IMG/VR virus record: IMGVR_UViG_3300028591_000129
Location: 1 to 64,000 of that record
Strand: one strand, 5' to 3'
Source of the DNA: a virus
Taxonomy: Duplodnaviria; Caudoviricetes
DNA: 64,000 nucleotides
The notes under the pieces were generated by a model. It was not told the DNA's origin. It ran no database searches and saw nothing but the letters and a program-made list of their open reading frames with translations. Position numbers and translations under genes: made by a program. Shown here piece by piece: positions 49,670-62,069 of the stretch. Numbering within the stretch: the stretch's first letter is position 1; each line of letters begins with the position of its first letter.

Positions 49670-49776
49670 TGTCCCATTAATGGGGCACTTCCGTGCAACG
49701 GTTAGCACTGGCTAACTGATATGTCCTATTATTGGGATACAGAACAAACACGGCAAGCTGTCCCATTATACGGACA
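49670..49776. promoter_or_regulatory. Three copies of an 18-bp palindromic operator-like box TGTCC-N8-GGACA
   Basis: 49670, 49722, 49759; further copies at 56375, 57518, 58442. Confidence 0.65.
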
Positions 49777-50815
49777 CACTGTAATTGTCAAAACGACTTG
49801 ACACCCCTGCCCCTCAAAAATATTTTTCTGTCGGAGCTGACCCCCTGCCCTCGCGCGCACGCCTGCACGGGCGCATTCGCACGCTCGGAACTGCTGACCA
49901 AACCACAGCAAAAAGTTCGTTGCGAACTACACACTCCCCGTGACTGCGTTGGACTGCCCGCCTGCTGTCTGTTCTCTGCTGTCGGATATTCACTGCAAAA
50001 TAAAAGACACCTGCCGTGTTAGCAAGTGCCCTTTACTGCCTGTCTATACTGTCCGTATTACGCGTTATATATCGGTAGGCTTTCCTCTGCGATTACGCGA
50101 TACTTGCCGTGTATAATATCCTCTATTGTCTCTATATCGACGCCCCACGCGTCAGCTACGAAACGACGGCAAGTCTTATAGTTATTCTCTAATATCCTGC
50201 ATATAGCGCCATAGTTGTATTCGTCCTCGGGGCGCTGTTCAAGACGTGTCTCCATATCCTGCCACTGCTCGCGAAGTCTGCGAAGCTCGTTATAGATTGC
50301 TGTCTCTGCGTTATTAAGTACGATAATATCTGTATACATAATTATGTCTCCTGTCAATAATGTTGAGTATCGTTTGGCTCGGAATGTCAGCGCGGTCAGA
50401 CCATACGCCAACCGCACCAATATGCCTCGTTGTATCCGTCCACGAAAGCGTCCTCAAGGCTCTCCTCGCCCATTGCAAGCTCGCGCTCTGTAAAGTCGAG
50501 CACTCTCTGCTGAAAAGCAAGCTGTGCCTCATAGTATCTGTCCATTGCTTCCTCGAATGTAACCTGTGCGAATGTAACCTTTGCCATTGTTCTAATCTCC
50601 TTTATATGAGTTTTATGAGTGTTAGCACCTAACGTGCTTGTAAGTATAGTATATACCACATAGGATAAAATGCAATACATTTTTTCACATTTTCCAAAAA
50701 TTCTTTTTACCCGTCCTGACTGCCTACTCTCCAATCAAAACAAAACACCGATAATCTCGGTATCTTCAGGTGTCAGCTACACCTCTTTTCGTTGGTTTGG
50801 TATTTACAACGAGCA

Positions 50816-50870
50816 AAAATGTCAATCTGAAATTGACGTATCTAAAATGTCAATCTGAAATTGACGTATC
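50816..50870. repeat. 27-bp tandem direct repeat with internal palindrome
   Basis: AAAATGTCAATCTGAAATTGACGTATC at 50816-50842 and 50844-50870. Confidence 0.9.
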
Positions 50871-51799
50871 AGTGCGCGTGCCTGCCTGAAGAGTTCACAA
50901 TAGCCACCAACCGCCGACGAAATGCGGAAGCTACACGTCGTGCTGTGCGCACTCGGCTGTCCTGTCCGCCTGTCACTGAAGCATACAAAAAGGGGCGCTG
51001 TACACGCCCCCTGTCTGCTGTCCTGCGCTGTCCTTAATTCAGATACAGCACACGCCCTGTTACTGTCTTTACTCGTGACGGTTCACCGTGGAAATATCCA
51101 ACGACTGCCACATAGGAATTAACGATACCGTTAACTGTGCCCTCTTCGTAGTACTTGATAAGCTCTTCGTACTGTCTGCGCTTTACTTCCTGAAGTTCCA
51201 TTGCCTTGATAATGCTCGTTGTCATATTACTTCTCTCCTCTCTTCATTCTCTCGATAATTTCTGCCTTAACAAGCTCGTAGTCCTCGCACCTGTCCTCGT
51301 CAACGGGATTGAAATTGTTTACGTACCACAGAAAACGCTCCATAAGCTGTTCTGCCGTGTCTTTCTGAATGATTGCCTTATGTGTTGCTCTTCTCTCGTC
51401 TGTCATATGCTTATACCCCCTTTGTATACTCGCGAATTAAATATGCCTTATGTATCTGAATAGCGATACGCTTTGCCTGACGAAGCTGTGCTTCTGTAAG
51501 CTCGCGTCCTGCCTGTACTCTCTTTGCGAAAGAATGAACGTACTCGTATCCAATATATGTGTATACGGGTGCAACGTTATCAGCGGGAACGTTAACGCCT
51601 GCAAGCTCTGCGAGAAGCTCTGCCTCATTGGCGTAGATAGCTGTCCACTTTACGGGCTTCAAGCCCTCGCCATACTGTGCCTCTGTCTCTCTGCAAATTC
51701 TCTGTGCTTCATTAATAGTCATAATCAAATCTCCTGTCTATGAGTTTTCCGAACTGTGATTATAGATTAACATATCTCGTGGTAAATACAATAGGTTTA

Positions 51800-51827
51800 T
51801 GTTACAGTAATGTTACAAACAGATTAC
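51800..51827 (-). promoter_or_regulatory. 11-bp-period direct-repeat box TGTAAH-N5-TGTAAC (one of 7 sites)
   Basis: Also at 53079, 55441, 59377, 60303 (inverted), 60832, 63847; each just upstream of a promoter. Confidence 0.7.
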
Positions 51828-52402
51828 AAACGAGAGCAACAGGTTGACAACTACTTCAGAAGTCATTCGTCCTTCGCTCGGTCAGCTACATTCATTTTTG
51901 CCTCGAAGCAGACCTCTCGGCTTTCCTCTACTCGGCTCGGAAAACCTGCAAACCCCTGAAAACACTGCATTTGCAGGCAAATCAGCCCTCAAGTCAGCTC
52001 ACAGGCTGTGCGGAAGCTACACTCACGCCTCGTGCCTGCGATTGGCGCGTACCAAGAATGTCTGCAATAGAAAAACGGGAACTGTGCCCCGCTTCTCCTG
52101 TCGTGCTGTATGCTATGTTCTCGGACTTAACTTCTCATAGCACACGCCCAATTGACGGCGTCTCGTGCCATACCGTATTCCTTGCCTGTCAACCACACGA
52201 TACCTCGTGCGTCTCTGCCCATAAAGACGTCGAGCAAGTCTCCAAGGTCATTAATGAGCTTCTCGTACCTCTCGTCCTCTTCAGCAGTAAGCGTGCCGTT
52301 GAACGCCTTGTCAGAACGCTCATTCATAGCACGATTACGTCTGAATATAATGTCGTGCGCGTGCTTCTCTACGTTGAACGGATACCTCTTCTGTGCCATA
52401 AC

Positions 52403-52789
52403 TTATACCCCCTTTACAAGCTCGCAATTAGCAACGTTAATCTTACCGCCCTCTACGAAGTAAGCATATGTTGCTACCCAACGTCCATATCTGTCATTGA
52501 AGTCACAAATCTTACGAACTGTACCTATGAAGCCGTGCTCGATTGTTCTGCCCTTAACAACACGGACTGTATCTCCCTCAAGAATGATACCGCGAGAGTG
52601 CAGGAAAGCTCTGCGTGCTTCCTCGTTAATCTCCATATAGTACAGCTCGTCATTATCGTGTGAACCGTCAGCATAATCATAATCTCTAACACAACAGGAA
52701 TTAACCTCGTTAGTTACAGGATTATAGAAAGTTGCTGTAACGAATGTTCCGCCCTCGTGGGATACCTTATAGAACTTATTCTCTAACAT
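52403..52789 (-). CDS. Hypothetical protein with KOW/SH3-like C-terminus
   Basis: EGDTVRVVKGR...GTV. Confidence 0.55.
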   Translation of the reverse strand: MLENKFYKVSHEGGTFVTATFYNPVTNEVNSCCVRDYDYADGSHDNDELYYMEINEEARRAFLHSRGIILEGDTVRVVKGRTIEHGFIGTVRKICDFNDRYGRWVATYAYFVEGGKINVANCELVKGV

Positions 52790-53289
52790 TTGCTTTACCC
52801 CCTTATGCACGTTTAACACCGACGACTACTCCGTTTACCTCACGCTCGTCCATAACGTCGTCGTAACAGGACGTTGCAACGGCTACTTCCATAGCGGAAA
52901 CCGTAGCATTTCCACAAATAGCTACTGCGAGCCATCTTTCGACCTCAACCTCTTCTACGTAATTGGATACTGTGTACTTGAACATAATCAAAATCTCCTT
53001 TGCTTGTTATGAGTGTTCTGCACTTCCGTGCTTGTGAGTATAGATTATCACATTTCGTAGTGATTACAATGCCCTTTATGTTACAAATATGTTACAAAAC
53101 TGCACCAAATCGACAGCTCCGAGCGCCATTCAAAAGCTACACTCGCCCCAAAAATCACAGAAAATACCAAAAAGTGCCTCGAAAGCGGGCGGTCAGCTAC
53201 ACCTGTTTTTGCTCCGAGACGAATTGATGACAAACAAAAAGACGGAAGTTGTATCCGCCTCTCTGCATATATAGGAGATTTTAGATTGA

Positions 53290-53916
53290 TTACTCTGACT
53301 TTACTCTCTTCGCTGTTGCCTCTCTGTAATAGTTGTTGATATTGTCCTTGTCGCCTGTCTCAAGTTCGTCAGTGAACGGCATTCCTTTAACGTTTGTTCC
53401 GTTAACTCGTCTGTTGTCTCCGAAGCCCTGCACGGTCAATGTCTTGAACTCGCCTTTCCAATTCTGAACGATAATTCTGTCGCCCTTTTTAAGGTCTGCT
53501 GTCGGTACGTCTTCTGCGTGCCAATATTCTGCACCAATAGGGCGTGCCTGTCTCTCGTCGATAGCCTCAAGCATTTCGTTAAGCTCGTATGTATCCTGCT
53601 CTATTCCACGGAAATACTCGCGCCCTGTGATTTTCCACCCCTCGACAATGTATGTTCCGTTGTCGCCGTTGTCAGTGTCAAGTCTGTCCAATGTGTCGAT
53701 ACCTACGGAAAGTCCGTCGTCTCCGAAGAAGTTAGCGATAACCTGTGCAAGTCTTGCGAAGCCGTAGCAGTCTGTATCAGGTGCACGGAAACCTCTTATC
53801 TCGCAATACTTCAGGAAAGCTTCTACGCTGTCCCTGCCACCATTCCAATGAAGATAGATACCAATACCGTTATTCTCGAAGTTCTCACGTGTTGTTATAA
53901 CTGCTCTGTTGCCCAT
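53290..53916 (-). CDS. Hypothetical phage protein
   Basis: MGNRAVIT...IYLHWNGG...DNGTY; SD GAGGAGG. Confidence 0.7.
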   Translation of the reverse strand: MGNRAVITTRENFENNGIGIYLHWNGGRDSVEAFLKYCEIRGFRAPDTDCYGFARLAQVIANFFGDDGLSVGIDTLDRLDTDNGDNGTYIVEGWKITGREYFRGIEQDTYELNEMLEAIDERQARPIGAEYWHAEDVPTADLKKGDRIIVQNWKGEFKTLTVQGFGDNRRVNGTNVKGMPFTDELETGDKDNINNYYREATAKRVKSE

Positions 53917-56900
53917 TATCTTATACCTCCTCAAAGCTTGCTACTCTTGTTAAGTGGTTGTGATTTCCGCCTGTATACACCGTTGCGTGGTGCTCTTTTG
54001 CGTACTTAATAGCTGTATCCTCTTCCCATACATATGCGTGAACTGTCGCGTCCTTTGAGCTTCCTACCAAGAACCAATAACCATACATATAATAGTTATC
54101 GCGCCAGTCCTCAATGGAAAGATAGTGGTGCTTGTGTGTTACCATTCTGTCTGCTGTACTCATTGATAAAATCTCCTTTTGCTTGTTATGAGTTTTCCAA
54201 ATTGTGATTATACAATAGCAAAGTATTTACCACCTGTCAAGCATTATTTTCACATTTTCAGAAAAATAATTAAAAATACTACCGAACTCAACAAAGACGG
54301 GAGCTACAACTGTTTTAGATTGTTTGGTATTTACTGCTCGGCTCACCTGTCAGACAGTACCAAGGAAACCACTGCAAACTCCAACCACTGCCGACATTCA
54401 GCGCTTCCGAGAAGCTACACACTGTCGGTGGTCGGCGGGCTGTGCGCGTTTTCCTGCGCGACAAAAGGGCGGGATTTGTCGTCCCGTCCCTCTGTCATAA
54501 ATATAGGAGATTTCGCGTAGATTGTCTTAATGAATACGAACTAAAAGCTCCGCTTCAATTGCTGTCAGAATTCTATTCAAGTCCTTGTATCTGTCACTGT
54601 CTTGATGGTGAATGTATTCACGTGACGCGCGGGCTGAATAGTCCCTGTGGTAACTTAACAGGCGGGCGCTGTCAAGCTCTCTGCACTTTGCTGTTATCTC
54701 ATTAATATCAGTCAACATATTTTCACCCCTCTCTTAATTGTAATACCAAACGATATACTTGCTTTCTGTAACACGTCCCTGCGCGTCTCTCGCTTCCCAC
54801 GGTGTATAGTGGGCGGGTTTATGTGTCCTGATATATCTCGTGCAATGCGCGTTAATTCTGATAACCTCTGCGCGTGCCTCTCTTTCCGTGTCCGCGAATT
54901 CAAAAGTAAGTCTGTAACGTCCTCTCATTGTCAATCCTCCTCTACTGCCTTTCTGATAAGCTCCTGCTCTTCAAGCGTGATTAAGCCAAGAAGATACAGA
55001 ATATGTGTTGCACCCTTTGCCTGCTCCTGCACTTTAGTGTCGTCCCCAAGTGCGATACAGTTACGCAAATATCTGCGAAGCTCTCTGTTATCCTTACCAA
55101 GTCTCTCAACTGTCTCAAGCGCCTGTAAATACTCGTTCATTGTGTTTGTTCCTTTCTATGAGTGTTTATGCGATAAGCTCTGCGGGTGTTCCTAACAGCT
55201 CTGCTGTTCTTTCCTTGCTATATGTGAAAAGGTCGAAGAAATCTTCACTTGTGATAGCCTTATCATTAGCGATAGCCTGCAAAATGTCCATTACCTGACA
55301 GTTGCTTGTTGCTACTGCGATTAAAACCTTGTACATTCTTGCCTTTGTCATTTCCCCGTCCTGCCTTTCTATGAGTTTTCCTTTGTTAAGTATAGAATAT
55401 CACTTTCGGTGGTAAATACAATACCCCTTTAGCTGTTTTATGTTACAGTTGTGTTACAAACAGATTACACTGTCAATCTGCTCTTGACACCGCAGGCAAC
55501 AGGTGGCACTGTCAGCTACACCCGTTTTTGCTCTGAAACTGCTCCTCTCCGCCTGCTTCTGTCTACCGTCAGCTAACAGCAAAACGGCGGAAATGCCTGA
55601 TATTACTGCGTTTCAGCCTGTCCGTCAGCCCAACCGAACCACAGCAGACCGAGCTCCTCGCGCGAAGCTACACTTCGTGGGTGCGGAATTCGGGCATACA
55701 AAAAGCGGTCTGTGTGACCGCCTCTGCTTATTCTTCCTCGTCGGGAACTGCTATCTGTACCACTCGACCGTTCCACCAAACCTCTTTGCCTGTGACCTCT
55801 TCAAACATAAACACACAAGTCATAAAACGCTCGTGTACACGGTGCGCAATGTCTGTAAGGGATACTTCACACGCCTCAAGATACTCGCTGTAAAGCTCAT
55901 TCAGATAATCCAAAGACTTCTTCTCGTATTCTGTCAACTCTGCCATACTTGCACCCCCTCACTCTACGACAAACCTAACAACTACTCCGTCGTCCTCGTC
56001 TAACCACTCTTCCACAAAACCGTTATCCTCTCCGTCGTACTGCCAAGAATACGTTGTATCTATGACGTCGTCCTCTCTCCAAAGCTCAATCTGCATATCA
56101 GGTGCACTCTCCATATATTCGCTGTACTTCTCATAAAGACGGATTGCTTCCTTTACAGACTTCGCACGAACTACTTCGTCCATAACCTCGGCAAGTGTCA
56201 TAGTATTTGACGCCTCACCGCAGTACTTGTCCCAAGCTCGCTCTACCATTAAATCGTAATTGTCGTAAACGTACATTTTGAAATCTCCTTTGCTTGTTAT
56301 GAGTGTTTAAACTGTACTTACATTATATCACTTCCAATAGTGAATACAACCCCTAATTTACACTTTTTCCAAACTGTCCCATTAATCGGACTTTCTCGCG
56401 GAGCTACACCGTGTCGGTCTGTGCGTGGTTGGTCGGGGCTGTCAGAATTCGGGCATATTAAAAGGGCGGTTACTGTCCGCCCCTTATGTTATCAGTAGTG
56501 ATTGTATCCTGCTTCTGTGTGCTCTCTTGCAATCTGTACAACCTTTCTTGGATAATCGCCGTTAGGATAATATCTCTTAACCTGTGCGGGTCTTGCTATG
56601 AGCTTTGTGATAATGTCGTTTGTTGTGTTGTTGTAAACTATGATAATTCCGTTATCTGTCAGCTCGTGTCTCTCTAATCCGTGCCAATGTCCTCTGTCTA
56701 CGTAGAACTTGCCTATAACGTTTCCCTGTCCGAGGTACTTAATGAGCTCTTCGCGGTACTGTCTATCGTTCATATAGTGTCTGCTAACTGCCATTGTCTT
56801 TTCCCCCTTATGAGTGTTTTGAGCGATACCCTGTATCTGATTATAGAATATCACCTTTGGTGGTATTTACAATAGGTAAATCGTAGTGTTCACAATTCGT

Positions 56901-57038
56901 TAACATTTGCCAACTCTCCCTGTCACCACGGTGCGAAAAGGTCAGCTACACCTGAATTCTGCTGTGGGTTTGCGGGCATAATAAAACGCCCCTGTTAAGG
57001 GACGTCTTACCTCTGCTGTCAATGTGCCGTGTGCCCTA

Positions 57039-57407
57039 TTATGCTACCCCCTCAAGCTTGATAGTTGCGGACAGTTTGCAAAGGTTGTTATAGTTCTTCT
57101 TGGTTACTGTCTCACCAATTACCTCTGAGCTCTCCTGTATTACTCTATAACAGCCCGACTCCAAAGGATAAAGAGTGTTAACAATATGCACGGGCTTGTG
57201 CACCTCTGTGATTGTGCCGTTCTCTCTGACGTACTCAGAGGCATATCTGATTTTGTGCTGTGTATATGTGCCGTCCTCGTGCTTGATATTCTTGATAAGT
57301 GCCTTTTCGCTCCAAAGTACATAATACTCAACGTCAAATCTGAAAGAGCCGTACTTCTTAGCCTCTGTATCCCACTTAATAGCCTTTTCTCTTGTAATGC
57401 TTGCCAT
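57039..57407 (-). CDS. Hypothetical protein
   Basis: Single-gene cassette with promoter, SD and terminator. Confidence 0.7.
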   Translation of the reverse strand: MASITREKAIKWDTEAKKYGSFRFDVEYYVLWSEKALIKNIKHEDGTYTQHKIRYASEYVRENGTITEVHKPVHIVNTLYPLESGCYRVIQESSEVIGETVTKKNYNNLCKLSATIKLEGVA

Positions 57408-58011
57408 TGTTCTAATCTCCTTTATATGAGTTTTATGAGTGTGTACCTATTGGGTACGATATGAGTATATACCACTATGCAATTCAATGCAAGCCCTTTT
57501 TTGAATATTTTTTCAGGTGTCCCATTATTCGGACAGTTTGCGAAGCTACACCGAGGCGGTTAAAAAGCGGGATTGCTCCCGCCTTGTGGTCACGCCTCTT
57601 CGTGCTCGATAAAGGCTCGAAGAATTGTGTCGCCTGCTACCTCTGCGTTCTGCCTTATCTGCTCGTCTGTAAGCTCGTTGTATTCCATTGACAATCTGAT
57701 AAGCTCAACTGCACGTTCTACCAACTGCTCGTGTGTTGCGTTGCGTGTGTCTGTCATACCTTGCACCCCCTTATGCTGTAAGCTCGTTGTATCTGTTCTT
57801 GAGTACGTCTACGCGGTATCTTGCCTGATTTGCGTAGTCCTCGTCGCCGTAATTGTTGATACGGATATTGTATACCTCGGTGTAATAGCGGATTTCTCGC
57901 CTAATCTCGCGTGTGTCTGTCATAGCATTAACACGGGCATTGATTACTTCTCTATATCCTGCGGGTACATAATAGTTAACGTTCATTTTCTTTCGTCCTT
58001 TCTATGAGTGT

Positions 58012-58326
58012 TTATGCAACCTTTTTAGGCTGTGTGCCAAGCTCTACCGTCTGCTCGTATGTGAAGAAAGACGTTGCGAAGTATCCGCGTGCTTTCTTGG
58101 GAGCTAAAAGGTCAATCTGTGCAACGTGTGTCTCGTCGTGTCTTACTTCACGTCCTACGAGTGTCCAACCATACCACGTTCTAACTTCGCCGTATGTGTC
58201 GCGGATTTCTGCTACTGCCTTTGCGTCTACCCAAGCAAGGTGCAGGCAGTTAGCGAATGTGCCATAGCGTCCGCTTCTGTATGCCTCGTGTGCCTTTTTC
58301 ATAATAAGCTTCTTGTCGTATCTCAT
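58012..58326 (-). CDS. ArdC-N-like ssDNA-binding small protein (tentative)
   Basis: TWYGWTLVGREVRHDE...FFTYEQT resembles the T..W...G..V..GE...F...QT signature. Confidence 0.45.
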   Translation of the reverse strand: MRYDKKLIMKKAHEAYRSGRYGTFANCLHLAWVDAKAVAEIRDTYGEVRTWYGWTLVGREVRHDETHVAQIDLLAPKKARGYFATSFFTYEQTVELGTQPKKVA

Positions 58327-58783
58327 TGCTAAAATCTCCGTTCTATGAGTGCGTCAAGTTATCTAACTTGCACCTTAAGTATATCGAAGTACTTACCACT
58401 TGTCAACACTATTTTTAATAATTTTCCAAAGTCGCGCAAAGTGTCCCAATAATCGGACAGTTTTCAGAAGCTACACTGCGTGATATTTCGCAGAAATGGC
58501 TCGGGGAGCTACACCTGTTTTCCTGCTGAAACGGAACTGCATTAGAAAAGGTGGGCTTGTCAACCCACCCTGTATGCAAGGTACTCGGTATTCCCTACCG
58601 TGCCACCGTACATTCCTGTACGTCCTCGTTTTAGCTTGTATCCGACGTATTCTGTGACCTCGTCAAGCCCTTTGCAGTATATCTCAGGCGCGTTCTCTAA
58701 CGCCTGCATATATGCGTCCCTGTCCATTCCTTTAGTAAGCTCAACTTTCTTTACTGCGTAGATATTCATATACTGACACCCCC

Positions 58784-59302
58784 TTATGCTGTCTTTCCAT
58801 TAACGGGCTCTTTAAGGAACTTCTTGAGCTGTCGCGCTGTCTTGAAGCCGTCGAACTTAAGTCCTGCAAGCTCTGTAAGTTTTACGTCTTCCTTATACAG
58901 AATATCCCAATAGGTGTAATCTGTTGTGAATGACCTGTACAAGAAGTCGCAACCCTCGGGAGAATAACCTGTCTCTGTCTCCATTGTATGCGCCCACATA
59001 CCGTTAGCACAACCGCTGACGCCTACCTTGAAGCAGACATAGCCTGTGAAGCCAAGCTCGATAGCTGTCTCCAAGAACTGCCTCATTTGGTAAAGCCTTG
59101 TCAGTGACAGCTTGTCAATCCACCAATCGAAGATTGACAACTCTTTGCACACCTCGCGCATTTCAAAGTACAACGGTGTATAATACTTGCGCTCGCAGTA
59201 AGACATATTGTCCCAATTAGCCTTTCTCTCCTCAAGAATAAAGATACGCTCGTTTACCCTTGCCAATACTTCCTGTGCGTTCTTGTCTGAATACTTACCC
59301 AT
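58784..59302 (-). CDS. Hypothetical protein
   Basis: 172-aa ORF with promoter and SD. Confidence 0.7.
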   Translation of the reverse strand: MGKYSDKNAQEVLARVNERIFILEERKANWDNMSYCERKYYTPLYFEMREVCKELSIFDWWIDKLSLTRLYQMRQFLETAIELGFTGYVCFKVGVSGCANGMWAHTMETETGYSPEGCDFLYRSFTTDYTYWDILYKEDVKLTELAGLKFDGFKTARQLKKFLKEPVNGKTA

Positions 59303-61135
59303 TGATTTAATCTCCTTTACTGTTTATGAGTTTGTTTTACTGTACCCATATTATAGCGCGTACTACCCGCCCTGTGTGTTACAGTTGTGTTACAAACACA
59401 TTACAGCGCGGACAGCCACGGCGAGCCCCAACCCCCGACGGGCACGCACCGCGGAGCGGTTGGTGTAGCCACCTCGCAGGGGCAAAGAAAAACGGGGTGA
59501 ACCCCCGCTTCTCAACCGTCTGCCCACTCTCGGGCTTCCTTTAGATTGTCCTGATACTCGTCAGCAGTAATCGGTAAGCTTACCGTGTAAATCGGGCTTC
59601 CGTCTGTCCAATCGTAAATCGCGGTGACTGTGCACCCGATAGACTGAAAAGCACACGCGACCTCGTCCCCATAGGTAGTCAACCCGTAATCGGACACTAT
59701 TTTGTTAATGTAGGTCGCTACGTTACTCTCGTCTATGCCCCAATCACTCCACTGTACCCTGCCTGCAACTTCCCTGATATTATCCGCTGTCAACATATCG
59801 TCTACCCCCTCAACGCTCTATACCTGCAAGCTCGTCATACCTCGCGTCTGCCAAGCACTGCCAACGCTTGATAGTATGGTCAGAGTGAACGTTCTTAACG
59901 AGCTTCCTGACGTCGTCATAGAATGTATCAACATTAGTAAGCGTATTGAGCTTGTCAATTCTCTTATAGTCGTTTCTTTCCATTGCGTAATCGTATGTCA
60001 TTTTGTTTTACCCCCTTAAATAAGCTTCCAACCGATACCCTGTGTCTTATACGCGATACCGCAGTAATCGAGAACCTTTACAACGTCAGAATTGATTGTC
60101 GTGGTCTGCTCGCCACGGTAAATATCCACTAACTCGTAGATACCATAAGGAGTAATACTGATACCCCTTACAGCGTGACCGTCCATAAGTGCGTTGATAA
60201 CATTTGCTAACTTTTCCATACTGAAATCTCCTTTGTATGAGTTTTAAAATTGTGCCTTTAGTTTATCACGGTGGTATTCACATTGCAAGCGATTTCACGT
60301 TTTGTAACCTGTTTGTAACATTCAGTCAGGGGCGTCGGTGGCTTCTCTGAAGCTACACCTCGCGGGTCGTGTGGTCGGCTGTGCTCGGGGCATAAGAAAA
60401 GGGGCTTCCTGCCCCTTAATCCCACTCAAGATATACGTCAGTGATATGTTCGTTGTCGACCCCCATACATTCTCGACAGTACCGCTTAGCCTGCCTGCTA
60501 CTCACTGCTCTGCACCTGTAATGATAATGAATTCCGCACACGACGTATACGACACAATACGGCTTTAACTGCATACTCACACCCCCTCTATTCTGATAAT
60601 GTCTTCCTTGCCAACAGTCTTATAGTTGTATCTGTCAACCTTGAAGTAATACAAGCTTGTTCCGTCAGGAATGAAATAGCTTATTGCGTGAAGCTTACGC
60701 TCAAAATCAACGCAAGTATAGGGACTTGTGAAGTGTCTTTCTCTGTAAATAACTGTCATACCGATAATCTCCTTTACGTGTTATGAGTTTTCTTAATGTG
60801 CCCACAGTATAGCATATGTGACTGCTCCGTAGGTTACAGCTGTGTTACAAACAGGTTACAAAAGCAAGCTCGAAGTTGACAGCTCCGAATCAACGAGTCG
60901 GCAGAAGCGAGCTTTCAGCTACACCCCAAAAATAGCAAAAGTTGCTCCAAGGTCAGTATTCCGACTGCGGGATTAGCGGTTTCCTGCACGGAAGCAATGG
61001 TTTTATCGGTGCTCGGGTCTCTACTCGCTTATAACACGTCTTACCGTAGCCCAATATCCGTGCTTCCTCGTTCTTCAGCCTGCGCCCACAGCGCAAACAG
61101 TACTTGTACTCTTTCATTCCTGCCTGCCCCTTATA

Positions 61136-62059
61136 TTAGAATATATGCGACAGTGCGTATTCCACTGCCACAGCGTCGTCTACTTCTCCTGTCTTTATCC
61201 CTTTCTCTACTGCCTGCAACACCTTAAGAAACTGCACAAGGTCAGCTCCGCCCCAAAAGCCCAAGTTCTTCTTCGCGCACTTCACGTCCCACTGCGACAG
61301 CCCCGTTGTAGCGCACACGTCACTGCTTGCACACGTCTGCACCTGTAAAACACGCTTCATATTGGTATAAAGTACGCTAATTAGCCTTAAAGACGGCTCT
61401 CCTATCGCCTTGCAGTCCTCTAAAAGCATATATGCTCGATATGGGTCAGCTCTCAACACTGCGTCAGTAAATGCGAAGATAGCGTCAGTCGGTGGTCGGT
61501 GTATCGTACCGTCCTCAACCAATCGGGAAAACGCTTCGTCAGGAGCTACATTCGTTTCTTGTGTGTACTGCTGTACCTTGTCTATCTCTAAAAGAATTCG
61601 TCCGTAGTTTTGCTCGCACAGCATAATTAACTGCTCGGTGTGCTCGTCAGATAGTGAAATCTCCTTTTGCACGTACTTATACAACACGTCAACGTCCATA
61701 TAATTAAATGTAACTACCTTATCCTTGAAGAAATTATAGAATTTTGTACGCTTATCTACCGTGGTTATCTGAAAAATGAGCATTTTATCACCTAAAAGGG
61801 CGTCTATCTCGTCCCACGCGTTCTCTGCCTGCATAAATTCCTTGTCGTCGCGCACAACATACAGTGTCGGTCTCGGTATCAAACCCGTCCTTTTACGTAG
61901 GGCGAAAGCTACACTATCTGTGCGTTCCACGGTGCGACCTGTGACCTCGGCGATTTTGTTAATGTATATACGCTGTGCCTCTATCTCGTCCCCTGTAAAT
62001 ATATAAAATGGGTCAAGATTTTTACCCATAATCTGCTTTTTTACGGCGTTAATCTCCAT
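61136..62059 (-). CDS. DNA polymerase III delta (HolA)-like clamp-loader subunit
   Basis: PFYIFTGDE, DKRTKFY, LEIDK, IFAFTDAV, IKTG; 307 aa. Confidence 0.8.
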   Translation of the reverse strand: MEINAVKKQIMGKNLDPFYIFTGDEIEAQRIYINKIAEVTGRTVERTDSVAFALRKRTGLIPRPTLYVVRDDKEFMQAENAWDEIDALLGDKMLIFQITTVDKRTKFYNFFKDKVVTFNYMDVDVLYKYVQKEISLSDEHTEQLIMLCEQNYGRILLEIDKVQQYTQETNVAPDEAFSRLVEDGTIHRPPTDAIFAFTDAVLRADPYRAYMLLEDCKAIGEPSLRLISVLYTNMKRVLQVQTCASSDVCATTGLSQWDVKCAKKNLGFWGGADLVQFLKVLQAVEKGIKTGEVDDAVAVEYALSHIF

Positions 62060-62069
62060 AGAACTTCTC

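Larger units (their letters stand above)
50058..60760 (-). other. Array of short early-type expression cassettes with ~25 small hypothetical ORFs
   Basis: Repeating unit: operator box, promoter, ACTCATA leader, SD, 1-4 ORFs, hairpin/T-run, GC-rich spacer with AGCTACAC. Confidence 0.75.

Noticed and set aside
48510-49850. GGGCAGGG (KOPS consensus) at 48510 and inverted at ~49805 and ~49843 around the FtsK-like gene
   Set aside because: KOPS is the proteobacterial motif, the protein lacks a gamma domain, and the G/C runs make chance matches likely.
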